Counted from the whole stretch's first letter, positions 13,166-24,423 are shown. The stretch: 62,723 nt of DNA, filler included, from Pirum gemmata (GCA_002812295.1; 13 parts of 13 records of this genome joined end to end with filler, not necessarily neighbours in it), one strand, 5' to 3'. Notes: generated by a model not told the origin, from the letters alone. Numbers and translations: made by a program.

Positions 13166-14649
13166 TAACACAGTCTAGATTATATAATTTTTATACTATG
13201 ATAAGTAGTAGTAGAGTAGACTAACCTATCGTCTATTTCATTACAGTTGTGAGTTGCACTCTCAATTTTTAATTTGGTACTTTTTAAGTGTATAACTGAA
13301 TTTGTTTATAAATACAAGAATTCCAAATTAATTATTAAAAACGTCTGATAGCTTTTAACCATAATAATAATTTAACCATTTATAATAATAATTTGCAATT
13401 GGTATTAATAAACAAACATAATTGTTTAAATTTTGTCATCATAAAGTATACAATAAAGACTACCAAATTAATCCAATATAAATCCATTTCATTTAATTTG
13501 GTATATTTTATTATATATATATTTATTTAAAAGTTTCATTTTAAATATTATAAACAACCAAATAAATATTTGGAGTGTCCCTATTATGTATAAATAAATT
13601 ATTTTATTAAATTTTATTAATATTGAATTTTATTCTAAATTGTTTCAACTTTCAAGGAATTCAAGTCCTGACTGAGCCTAACCCTAACCCTAATCCCAAC
13701 CCTAACCCTAACCCTAACCCTAACCCTAACCCTAATTTATAACCCTAACCCTAACCCTAACCCTAACCCTAACCCTGAGGCTGACGACTCCTTGGTTGTT
13801 TCAAGTTGTTTGTCAGTTATTATTATACACTGTTTAAAAAAATATTTCAAAGTTCAAAGTTCAAACTTTGTAAACAAGCTCTGTTGGTGCGAATAGCTGC
13901 AGGGAACCAATTTAATAAAATAATATTTTAAAAAATTATTATTAAATTTTTCTTATCAAAAAAACTTACAAAAAACTTTGTTATTAAAATATTTTTAACA
14001 CCCATGCCGAATTTTTTTTTTTTAGCATGCCGAATAAAATTGCAAAATCTGCCATATGAGCTCAAAATTGGAAAAAATACTCCAATTTTTGAATGAAATT
14101 ACTATCAAATTGTTAGTAATGGTCTAACTAATAAAACTCTATTATAAACAAATGGCCAGTTTTTAATAATAATTTGGCAAGTTTTTTTAACGTTTTTAGA
14201 AACGAAATCTAAAAAAAAAAGATTTCTATATTTATAAATCGATAAATCCGGTAGTGGTGTTAAAATATATTGCAATTTCACAAAAATAAAAATAGCCATT
14301 TTGGTAGAGTCCAATAAAATCTAAAATAGTAACTGTTCTAATTATTATGATAATATTATTATTATTATTATTAGACTATTTATTTTTAGAAAAAAAAATA
14401 TCATACATGTATAATAATATATATGATCATAAGTTCATAACTACAATATTTTTAATTATTATAATAATAATTATAANNNNNNNNNNNNNNNNNNNNNNNN
14501 NNNNNNNNNNNNNNNNNNNNTTAATTAATTAANNNNNNNNNNNNNNNNNNNNNNNNNNNNNNNNNNNNNNNNNNNNAAGTTTCCGTAGATATAATTTTTT
14601 AGACTGTGTTTTGAAAATCCAAACACCACGAATTGTATCGTGCTTTAAT

Positions 14650-14716
<67 letters not shown>

Positions 14717-14828
14717 ATTCTATCATATTATCATACCGGGTACATATTATCGAGTACTTAGTACTACGTTACGTAATATTGTCAAATTATGGTAATATCA
14801 CAACAAAAATGAAAAAAAAAAAACAGCC

Positions 14829-15470
14829 TAAAACTTAACGAAATCAACTCACCAACCTTCATCAATTAGTAAGCAATATTAAATTATCCTTTTTAATTAC
14901 ACTCAAACTAGTACTACGTACCTTTTAAATGCATATATTTAATATAAAGTGAAAGTTTGAAGGTAAAATATTAAGTATTTATATTAAAAAGAAGTTTAAT
15001 TATACCCTTATTTACAGTACTAGTATTGTCTACCAAAACTTAACGAAATCAATTCACCAACTTTCATCGATTCGTAAGCTATATTAAATAATCCTTTAAC
15101 TCAAGGTACGCACCCTTTTAAACATATGTTAATTAAGTATTATTCAAAGGTACGCACCCTTATACATATATTAATAAGTATTATTCAAAAGTTAGATGTC
15201 ATAACATTTAAAATATTTTTTTAAGTATTTCCAGTACTAGTCTATAACTAGAATATAGTCTACCAAAACTTACCGAAATCAATTCACCAACCTTCATCAA
15301 TTAATACGTTATATTGAATAATTTTTTAATTAAGCTCAAACGCAAGTTAGGCACCCCAATTCTTACGTTAAATATTATGTAAAAGTTTGAAGTCACAATA
15401 TTAAATACTAAAGAAGAGTTAAAGAAGTTTTATTTTAATTAAACTCTTATTTCCAGTACTAGTCTATAAT
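14829..15470. repeat. Three-copy imperfect tandem repeat (~200-230 bp)
   Basis: AAAACTTA(A/C)CGAAATCAA(T/C)TCACCAAC(C/T)TTCATC recurs at ~14830, 15035 and 15265. Confidence 0.8.
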
Positions 15471-15488
15471 ATTGTCTTACATATTATA

Positions 15489-15672
15489 TCGTGCTTTTCA
15501 GTTGTTTTGTCATCATAAAATATACAATAAATAATACCAAATTAATATAATATAAATCCATTTCATTTAATTTGGTATATTTTACTATATATATGTTTAT
15601 TTAAAAGTATCAATTTAAATATTATAAACAACCAAATAAAATTCGTAGTGACAAAATAAATGAAAAGCACTA
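15489..15672 (-). mobile_element. MITE family A, full length
   Basis: TA|TCGTGCTTTTCAG...GAAAAGCACTA|TA. Confidence 0.85.
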
Positions 15673-15955
15673 TATAAAGTTTATATAATATTCATCCATG
15701 TCCATATTTTCCCATTCGTTTTGCCAATCATTTTCCTGTTCCCAATCATCAAAATCCTCAAAAGAAATCATCAGGATTAATTAATGTTTCAATAAACGCA
15801 AATTTGAAAGGTTTGGTAGTTTAATAACTGGTGAAACTGTGAACAGTCATACCAGAAATCAAACGGATAGTGAAATTTCGTCATTTTGAGATCTGGAATA
15901 TTCAATGTAGAGTCATTGTAATTTTATAGTATTCCAGTTCCTTTACGACGTTTTA

Positions 15956-16140
15956 TAGTGCTTTTCATTTATTTTGTCACTCTGAATATTTATTTGGTTG
16001 GTTATAATATTTAAGTTGACATTTTTAAATGAATAAATATACAATATAATGTACCAAATTAAATGAAATGGATTTATATGGTATTAATTTGGTACTCTTT
16101 ATTGTATATTTTATGATGACAAAACAACTGAAAAGCACGA
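15956..16140 (+). mobile_element. MITE family A, full length
   Basis: TA|TAGTGCTTTTCA...GAAAAGCACGA|TA. Confidence 0.85.
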
Positions 16141-16593
16141 TAATTAAAGAATTGCAATACGTACATTAATAAGTTAATTTTAAAAGTTAATTAATGTATT
16201 AATACATGACTAATGATATCTACTGATCCAGAATATTATATATAAGGGCCAAGAATTCAAAAAAAGTATCTGATCAAACCAATCGATTGTCTACTAGTAT
16301 TTTTAGCTAGTAATTATGATATTTTTAGAAAGAAAAATTATGTTACCAGTAGTTAGACACTTTTTTGCCTTTTTTGCCTTTTTTGCCTCATTATGTTTAT
16401 GTAACCAAAATTATATCCATATTTTAAATTTGACTTGCACTTTTAAAAGCTACTACTAATGTCTGCCTATCATAGCTCTAGTATTTGTTTAGTAGGCCAC
16501 AAAAAATACACAATTCATCATATTTTAAAATTAAAACGAACCATTTTAGACCAATCATAATGTAGTGTAAAGTACTAATGTCTGTCTATCATA

Positions 16594-16870
16594 GGCCTCT
16601 CCGAATTCTGCCCCTAACTTTCTGCTTCTGCCTTCTGCCCCGAAAAGCCCGATTTCAGCCGAGCAGAATTTCTGGTCTGTTTGGTCTATTCGAAATGAAT
16701 TTTTCGAGTTTATTAATAAATATATAGATTTGAAAATTTCGAGCTTATATTTTTATAGTGGTAGAATCAATTCAAAAAATTAATTTTTGATCGAGTTAGA
16801 GAGGAAAAACACCATTCTTGCCATTTCTCGAAAAAGGCCAAATTCTGCCCGGGCAGAATTCGGAGAAGTC
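16594..16870. mobile_element. MITE family F (TIR GACTTCTCCGAATTCTGCCC, TA flanks)
   Basis: TA|GGCCTCTCCGAATTCTGCCC...GGGCAGAATTCGGAGAAGTC|TA. Confidence 0.75.
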
Positions 16871-16895
16871 TAGTGACTCTAGTCTATCATAGCTA

Positions 16896-17115
16896 GACTT
16901 CTCCCAATTCTGCTCTTTTTTAAAAATCGAGTTTTCAAGCCTATTTATTAATTAAATAAGTTCGAAATTTTGAGCTTACAATTAAGTATTCAAATATATT
17001 TATTTATTAAAAAACCCGAAAAATACGGGAAAAAAATATTATTCGAACGGAGCTGAATTTTGGCTTTTTTGACAGCAGAAATTTGAGTTTTCGAGCTTGG
17101 GCAGAATTGGGAGAC
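16896..17115. mobile_element. MITE family F, second subfamily
   Basis: TA|GACTTCTCCCAATTCTGC...GCAGAATTGGGAGAC|TA; a fragment also lies at ~47198. Confidence 0.7.
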
Positions 17116-17128
17116 TAGTACCCCGGTA

Positions 17129-17570
17129 GTAGGGGTGAGATGACGTCATTATATTATTACCGAGCAGCTGCCGGAACTTTTCCGATTTTATGGTTTTATT
17201 ACTATTAATGTTAATATTATTACTTTAATTGGTATCTTCTATAATTAGATTTTCTATTTTAAGCTATTTAACTGTTATTATTAGTAAGGAACACAGAACT
17301 AAGGCTGGCTCGATAATCATCTGTTCGAAAAAAGTTCCAGTNAGGGGTGAGATGACGTCATTATATTATTACCGAGCAGCTGCCGGAACTTTTCCGATTT
17401 TATGGTTTTATTACTATTAATGTTAATATTATTACTTTAATTGGTATCTTCTATAATTAGATTTTCTATTTTAAGCTATTTAACTGTTATTATTAGTAAG
17501 GAACACAGAACTAAGGCTGGCTCGATAATCATCTGTTCGAAAAAAGTTCCAGTAGATATCTCACCCCTAC
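17129..17570. mobile_element. Mariner-like MITE family D (~230 bp), duplicated across a single N (likely assembly overlap)
   Basis: TA|GTAGGGGTGAGAT...ATCTCACCCCTAC|TA; 17131-17341 is repeated exactly from 17343. Confidence 0.8.
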
Positions 17571-18552
17571 TAACCCAGTAGTCATCGGGGTGGCGCTGCA
17601 ATACTGCTGCGGTGAATCTTTTTTTTTTTTTTTTTTTCTTACGATTTTCGTATCAGGTCTCCGTACAGGGTCTCCGTATTGTCACTTACAACTTACCCAA
17701 TTGACATATGCTACCTATTTGTTATTCGGAACCAAAATTATATCCATAATTTGACTAAATACGGCGATAGATAGAGCAGCGATAGACCTAGTTTTTTTTT
17801 TTTTTTTTTTTTTTTTTTCTAAAAAGAGAAATTGTATCCAGATAGAAAACCCTACAGGTCCGGGCCCCCGGGGTCCCCAAGACCCTTAGTTATCATAGTA
17901 CTCTTAGCCTTTAAATAGTACTATTGACATCAGATATGATAACTTTTACAAACCTTCACACCCAGCTGCTGCCACCAAGCCGCAAGCCACCAAGAAAAAA
18001 ATTCAGACCAGGTATTATTACTGTATGAACTTTAATAATATATCATAACGGTATCCGAGATAGGTTTAGAAGTAGTTTAGAACTGGTTCAGACGGGGGAG
18101 TTATATATCCAGCTGTATATATCATAGTTGTATGATAGTTTGTTGATTTCATAACGATAATTCTTTGGTATACTGTTTGGTATAATTTGATTGTCGTTCG
18201 GTTTTAACTTGTTGTACTTTTCATAATAATACCATAATTATAATTATAATCGAGTTATTTTGTTGTAAATATTTACATATTATGGTATTAGACGGTGTTA
18301 GACCCCCCCAGGGTCTATTATGAAAAGTATAACAAGTTAAAAAACCGAGCGACAATCAAATCATTACCTCTTTAACTTATATAAATACCAAAGTGTTATG
18401 ATATGATTGATATCTCGTATACTATAAAAGACTTATGATATAATGATTGATATCTCGTATACTATAAAAGACTTATGATATAATATAAAAGAGTCGTATC
18501 AATCAAATCAACAAAACTAGATCAACAAAACTACATCTATAATTTTTTTAAC

Positions 18553-18790
18553 TATCAACCCGGATAAAAATGGCGAATCCCCAGAATCCCCATATGAGCT
18601 CAAAATCCAAAAAATATCAAATTGATCCAATTTAATAAAAATACTACCAATGTTTTAGAAATTTTTTAACTAAAAACTCTATTATGAACCAATGGCCAAT
18701 TTTTAAAAATAATTTGGCTAGTTAATATTTAAGATTTTTTAGAAAAGAAGTCTAAAAAAGATCTCCACAGTTTTATCCGGCTTGGCTGTT
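18553..18790. mobile_element. MITE/repeat family H (other copies ~14040-14260, 20455-20646, 45598-45830, 54175-54350)
   Basis: IR CCGGATAAAA...TTTTATCCGG; shared core AAAACTCTATTATGAACCAATGGCCA...AAAATAATTTGGCTAGTT. Confidence 0.75.
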
Positions 18791-18888
18791 AAAAAAAAAT
18801 AACCTATTGTACACCTGATAAAGTTGGCTAATAAAAAAATAAGAAAAAAAAAAAGTTTCAAAAAAAAAGTTGTCAAAAAAAGTCTAGC

Positions 18889-19011
18889 CATTGAAGGACT
18901 TCAAAAAAAGAATAATAATTTTGAAGTCCTTGGTCTAGCTAGATGGGGGGGGGGTCTAGTACTAAGCTCAAGGAGTTCAAGAAAAGAAGTTTTTTTTTTT
19001 TGAACTCCTTG
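18889..19011. mobile_element. Two adjacent CAAGG micro-MITEs (18889-18932, 18969-19011)
   Basis: The first is flanked by GTCTAGC on both sides; the second, CAAGGAGTTCAA...TTGAACTCCTTG, carries a compensatory TIR change. Confidence 0.65.
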
Positions 19012-19398
19012 ACTAGCTAGCTAGTGGGGATTTGCAGGAGGGATGAGATGACGTCATCTTACTAATTGGACGCTCGGACCGGCGAACTTCCAGAAATTTG
19101 CCTAAAGTTACTATAAATAGTATAATAAACTCTTTTTAAAGTAACTTCTTAAATAAATAGCTACTAAATAAATAATTACAANNNNNNNNNNNNNNNNNNN
19201 NNNNNNNNNNNNNNNNNNNNNNNNNTTAATTAATTAANNNNNNNNNNNNNNNNNNNNNNNNNNNNNNNNNNNNNNNNNNNNATAATAATAATAATAATAA
19301 TAATAATGAAAATAATGAAAATAATGAAAATAATGAAAATATGACAATAATAATAGATAAATAAAATCAAAAATGAAATTGCCAGAAAAAATCCTAGA

Positions 19399-19872
19399 TC
19401 AATGATAACAACGGAAAACAACAAAATTGATGATAAGGAAATGTTCAATAAAAATAAATAACCTTGCTAAAACATTAACACATTCTTTCAAAGAAAAAAA
19501 CCAGCACTTTTCACTCTTAAAACTTTTTTGTTGTCGTTGGAAATTTGAAATAAAAAAGAATTCATCAACCATTCTAAATAAATCGTTTGCGTCGGGGATG
19601 CTGTTATCATCTTCGATATTTTTTTCTTCATTTTTATCAAAGAGCAGTAAGCAAGTTTCAATTTTGCTATAAATTTCCAGATAAAACAATTCCTTTGCTT
19701 GAAATCTTTCATAAACTTTTGCTAACTTTAAGGCCGCATTGATTTTTTTCTCTTTCGCTTCAGCTTGCGCTTCTGCGAGAATTTTTTCTTCCTCTCTTTT
19801 TTGTCGAGCTTCCCTTTGCTCCTGGGCAAAACTTTTGCCAGATGATTTCTTAGCTTGATTATTCCAAGACAT
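19399..19872 (-). CDS. Hypothetical protein with charged helical N-terminus (probably the first exon)
   Basis: 157-aa ORF after AAACAA-ATG with non-repetitive composition; no family recognised. Confidence 0.5.
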   Translation of the reverse strand: MSWNNQAKKSSGKSFAQEQREARQKREEEKILAEAQAEAKEKKINAALKLAKVYERFQAKELFYLEIYSKIETCLLLFDKNEEKNIEDDNSIPDANDLFRMVDEFFFISNFQRQQKSFKSEKCWFFSLKECVNVLARLFIFIEHFLIINFVVFRCYH

Positions 19873-20382
19873 TTGTTTTTGAGAAGTTTGAATTGTTGTG
19901 AATATTATTATTACTGTTGTTCTTGTTCTTGCTATTGTTGCTAGTTGTTACTATTGATGTAGCTGTTTCTGCTGTTGTTCTTGTTCTTGTTCTTGTTCTT
20001 GTTCTTGTTCTTGTTCTTGTTCTTGTTCTTGTTCTTTTTTTTGTTTTTCTTATTTTTGGTTTAATATATAAATAAACAAAATTATTATATAGATGTAGTT
20101 AATTGACGGATGTACTGTTTCTTATAATATGATATTATTATATAAACAATAAATGAAAATAGGCGTAGCACGGTAGCAGCTCTAGCTAGACTTATCTAGC
20201 TAGCTAGTAGCTAAGTTCTAGCTATCATAGTAACTAGCTAGCTAGTGGCTTGATACAAAATTTAATAATGACACTATAATGACGCAAATAATGATAATTA
20301 AAATAGTCTATATGTATAATAATACTTTTGTGTAGACTAGACTATTTATTCTATCATATTATTTAGACCCTCTATCATATTG

Positions 20383-20444
<62 letters not shown>

Positions 20445-20702
20445 AGAAAGAAAAACTGCAGAGAAAAATGCACCAATTTAAATAAAAGTACTACCAAAGT
20501 TTGAGAAATTGACTAACTAAGAAAACTCTATTATGAACCAATAGCCGATTTCTAAAAATAATTTGGCTAGTTAGCATAAAAGGTATTTCTAAAAAAAAAA
20601 AAATCTAAGTATTTCTAGTAGTAATTTTCTACAGTTTTATCCAGCTTTGTTTTTATGAATAATTATTAAAACAAAATCATAATCCTCTTATTCTATTATT
20701 GA

Positions 20703-20903
20703 ATGAAAAGCTTGAAATCGTTAATTAAAGAAAAAGAAAAAGCTTGTGATGAATCAACCCAAGCATTGAATGAACGAACTGAACGTTTTGAACGTTTTGT
20801 GCATGAATCCACTCAAAGTAGACAAGCAATGGTTAATCATTTAAGTGATTTGAAAAACCGATTAGATGAACAAAATGATGTGTTTTTGGACCTAAACCAT
20901 GAA
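20703..20903 (+). CDS. Coiled-coil exon, possibly the spliced N-terminal extension of the downstream Fanzor gene
   Basis: ATG...LDLNHE followed by the canonical donor GTAAGA at 20904 and AT-rich intron-like sequence. Confidence 0.4.
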
Positions 20904-20977
20904 GTAAGACTTGTTATAAACATATATGAAAAAGATAAAGATTTAATTTTGTATATAAAATATTTACAATTAAATGA

Positions 20978-22837
20978 TTTCTTATTATTTTTAATGTTGG
21001 TGTTGGTGATGGTGTTGGTTGTGGACAACAACAACAACGACAACAACCACGTAAGCGTAAGGGTGTACAAGCCGCGTCTCTTGAATCAACTTCAAGAGAC
21101 GCGGCTTGTACACCCTTTTTCAATAACTTAACAAAGGCGTGGTCTCAAAAATTATTATCATGTACGAAGAGAGACTTGCGAGTTTTGGATTCCAATTGTT
21201 GGAATTCTCGTTTCCAAAAATTCACAAGCACAAAAATAATAATTATCTGTCATCAATATTAATATCTTTGTCTAGAGCAATAAAAGCCAACGTACAGGGC
21301 AAAATCATACAAGAAGAGAAGAAGAACAAACGCCGTAAGAAAGATGAAGAAGAAACAAATTTTTTTGAAAATAACAATGATAAAAATTCCAGTTTTAATA
21401 AAAAAAGTGGCCGTGTTAATAAAAAGGATTATTTACATCCAATTCGGTCAAACAAAATTAAAATTGGATTTCAAACTCATTATACTCAACAAGAAAAAGT
21501 AGAACTTTGGTTTGGAATTTGTCGTTTTGTCTATAACAAATGTGTTAGTTGGTGTCAAGAAGCTGGGGTACAATTCAGTAAAAAGGAATTGCGTCAAAAG
21601 TTCTATGATCACGATTTATCCCTGGTTTTACTCGATCGAATTTTGGTCGAAATGATATGAAGATGGGGAAGAATCGGCAGTGAATCGGCTTTCAATATGA
21701 AAGGAAAATATTCAGACCCTTTTGATGTTTGGGATTCTGCGATATGTGATTTTGATAAAGCGTATCGTGCCCATTTAGCTAAAGTGGCAAAAAATGTTGA
21801 GGAAGGTAAACATGATGATCCTAGTAATAAATGCAAGTTTAAATTTCGAAGTAAAAAAGACTTAAAACGATCATTTGAAATTCGTCATCGAGATTTCAAT
21901 GCTAATAATAGTCAATATAGCTTTTTATTTAAAGAAGGAAAATTTGAATATGATAGTAAACATAAATTATTTAATGATGACGGTATTGAAGAAAAAATAC
22001 GTCGAGGTGTATTTCCACTTAGTTATAATGAAGCTAAGAATCGTTTTACTCCAATTGGATCAATTCGCGTAATTAAAAAAAGGCGAAATAACAATTTTTT
22101 TTTTAGTGTTCCAGGTTTTATTCCAGTTAATCACGATGTTCGACCTGAAGACGTGGTTGCAATGGATCTTGGAGTTAGTAGTTTTATGACAACTTATGAT
22201 ACTAAAGGACTTTGTTCAGAGTGGGGTGTCGATGATATGAAACGTGTTTTTTCTTTGTGTTTACATTTAGATAGATTGATTAGTCGTGTCAATGGAAAAG
22301 AAATGAAAAACTTGCATGGTAAAAAGGGACGTAAAAAGCGAAGAAATTTGAGGAAAGCCATTGAAAGATTACGAAATAAAATCAAAAACAAATTTAATGA
22401 AATACACAAGAAAATGAGTACTTGGTTATGTAAAACTTACAAGGCTATTTTAATACCCAAATTTCATGCTAAAGAAATGACTAATAAGAAAGGAAGAAAA
22501 ATTGTCACCAAAACTGTACGTGGAATTTTAGACAACGCTTGATAGCCAAAAGCGAATTGTTTAGTGATTGTAAAGTGATTGAATGTGACGAAGCTTTAAA
22601 TATACTGCAAAAACTTGTGGATATTGTGGTTTCATTAATTATAAACTTGGTAGTAGTAAAATATTTAAATGTAACCAAAAACGTTGTCCACAAAAGCTTT
22701 GTGACAGTGATCGTGATATTCACGCTGCTTGAAATATTTTATTACATTATTTAACACGTAATAAAATAGAATTTCAAAATTCGAGTTTTTTTTACATAAA
22801 AAAAATAATTCGAAATTCGGATCGGATCATCTTCTAG
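20978..22837 (+). pseudogene. tnpB: Fanzor2 (IS607 TnpB-derived) RNA-guided endonuclease, disrupted
   Basis: HTH-like WFGICRFVYN; RuvC-I VVAMDLG (D at 22165); ILIPKF with Pro at the canonical RuvC-II position; relocated Glu in CDEA-YTAKTCGYCG; second Cys pair CNQKRC; RuvC-III DRDIHAA*NI. Stops at 21658 and 22730, frameshifts near 21230, 22525 and 22596. Confidence 0.9.
21061..21216 (+). pseudogene. tnpA: Fossil IS607-family serine recombinase (TnpA) catalytic-domain fragment
   Basis: Frame 1 reads S*INFKRRGLYTLFQ*LNKGVVSKIIIMYEERLASFGFQLLEF, matching the IS607 TnpA consensus SGINFKRKGL...VVAYKDRLxRFGFELLE. Confidence 0.75.
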
Positions 22838-22981
22838 GAGGTGGTTCGAGTTTGCCACTTGGAGCCTACAGAGTGACGAAATAACGCCCTCTGTTGCAAT
22901 TAACAAGTTAAATTAATACCATTTCTTATGAAAACTTGTTGAAAATACAAGTTCTGATGAGAAATGCAAGTTTTAATCAAG
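22780..22981 (+). ncRNA. Putative Fanzor omegaRNA scaffold / element right end
   Basis: Consecutive hairpins right after RuvC-III: 22822-22849 (12 bp, 4 G-U pairs), 22868-22894 (ACAGAG/CTCTGT), 22920-22966 (10+7 bp). Confidence 0.55.
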
Positions 22982-23293
22982 CGAAACCAAAACCAAAAAA
23001 CAATTTGTCAATTGGGTACGTTTTAGTATGTTTGTTTTGTATTCAAAGACTATATTCCAATATAAATAGACTGTTAGGAGCAAGTGAAAAAATATCTTAT
23101 TATTCCAGTGAAAATTTTTCTCCTTGGAAAATGTTTATATTTATGATTTTTTAGTTTACTTTATCATTTTTAATAAACCCCTTAAATTTTAAATATATAA
23201 TACTAAGTTAACATCAAGTGGTAATATTTTATTTTTTTGAAGTAATTTGGAAAGGTTGCCTTCATTTTCACTTTTATACCAAGTAAATCTGTG

Positions 23294-23332
<39 letters not shown>

Positions 23333-24061
23333 ATACTACAAAATAGGAAAAATTCTGAAAAAATTCTTGAGAAGTTGACAAGGATATATTACGCCATTAC
23401 TAAACTCTGGTTGGGAGTGAGGGATGGGGAGGTGGATGAATTGAGGGGAGTGTTGGTAGACCGAGAGGTCGAGATGGGGTGGGGTGGGGGTTGGAGGCAG
23501 GCTGCTAGCTAGAAAGGCTATTATTAAAGTAACATTGACCCTCCTAATTTTTCATATTTTTTTATTATCACTTTATTATCCATTGAAAAAAAATGTGGCA
23601 AATTCTGATTGGTATAATTAAATATTTTGAGAAATTATTTTTAGAAGTTACAGCAGAACTTGCAAAAAAATACGCCCCAAATTTACACTTTATTTTTGAA
23701 GTAAATCGCAAATTACAGCTGATCTTTTTATATTACTAGGATCTTCATAAGAAAAAATGAAATTATAAAAAAAATTTTATTTTATTTTAAATTTTAAAAG
23801 CAAATCTGAATGAAGAGTTTTACAAATTACAGCCAATNNNNNNNNNNNNNNNNNNNNNNNNNNNNNNNNNNNNNNNNNNNNTTAATTAATTAANNNNNNN
23901 NNNNNNNNNNNNNNNNNNNNNNNNNNNNNNNNNNNNNTCCAGTAGATATCTCACCCCTACTGTATGATATTAATACTATCAGATATCGTGTTTTTCAATA
24001 GTGTCCAGTAGTCTATACACCTAATGTTGTATCGCTAGTAGTGTTGTATCTGAGTGTTGTA

Positions 24062-24248
24062 TCGTGCTTTTCATTTATTTTCTCACTCTGAATATTTATT
24101 TGGAGGGTTATAATCTTTAAATTGACATTTTTAAATCAATAAATAGATAATAAAATATACCAAATTAAATTAAATGGATTTATGTTGTATTAATTTGGTA
24201 TTTGGTACTATTTATTGTTTATTTTTTGATGACAAAACAATTGAAAAG
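24062..24248 (+). mobile_element. MITE family A
   Basis: TA|TCGTGCTTTTCA... with a slightly truncated right end. Confidence 0.8.
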
Positions 24249-24278
24249 ATTTTATAAACAAATTCAATTATACACTTA

Positions 24279-24423
24279 GGGAGCGTTCAAATAATACGTT
24301 ACGTCAAGGGATAGGTAGGTAGGTGGTATTTAACCGGAAAATAACGTAGAGGGGAAGGTAGGTAGGGATATTTGAAGCTGTATTTGACCAGAAATTGGCG
24401 TTACGTAGTATTTGAACGCTTCC
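24279..24423 (+). mobile_element. Tourist/PIF-Harbinger-like MITE family B
   Basis: TIR GGGAGCGTTCAAATA...TATTTGAACGCTTCC with TWA flanks. Confidence 0.8.

Noticed and set aside
17131..17553. Perfect 211-bp tandem duplication as a recent event
   Set aside because: Identical copies separated by a single N indicate an unmerged contig overlap.
20455..20646. Family H repeat as the Fanzor element left end
   Set aside because: It occurs at four other places without Fanzor and has no counterpart downstream of the Fanzor; likely an independent insertion.
21655..22735. TGA read-through or an alternative genetic code making the Fanzor intact
   Set aside because: Frameshifts are also present and TGG is used normally for Trp in intact genes; decay is the simpler explanation.
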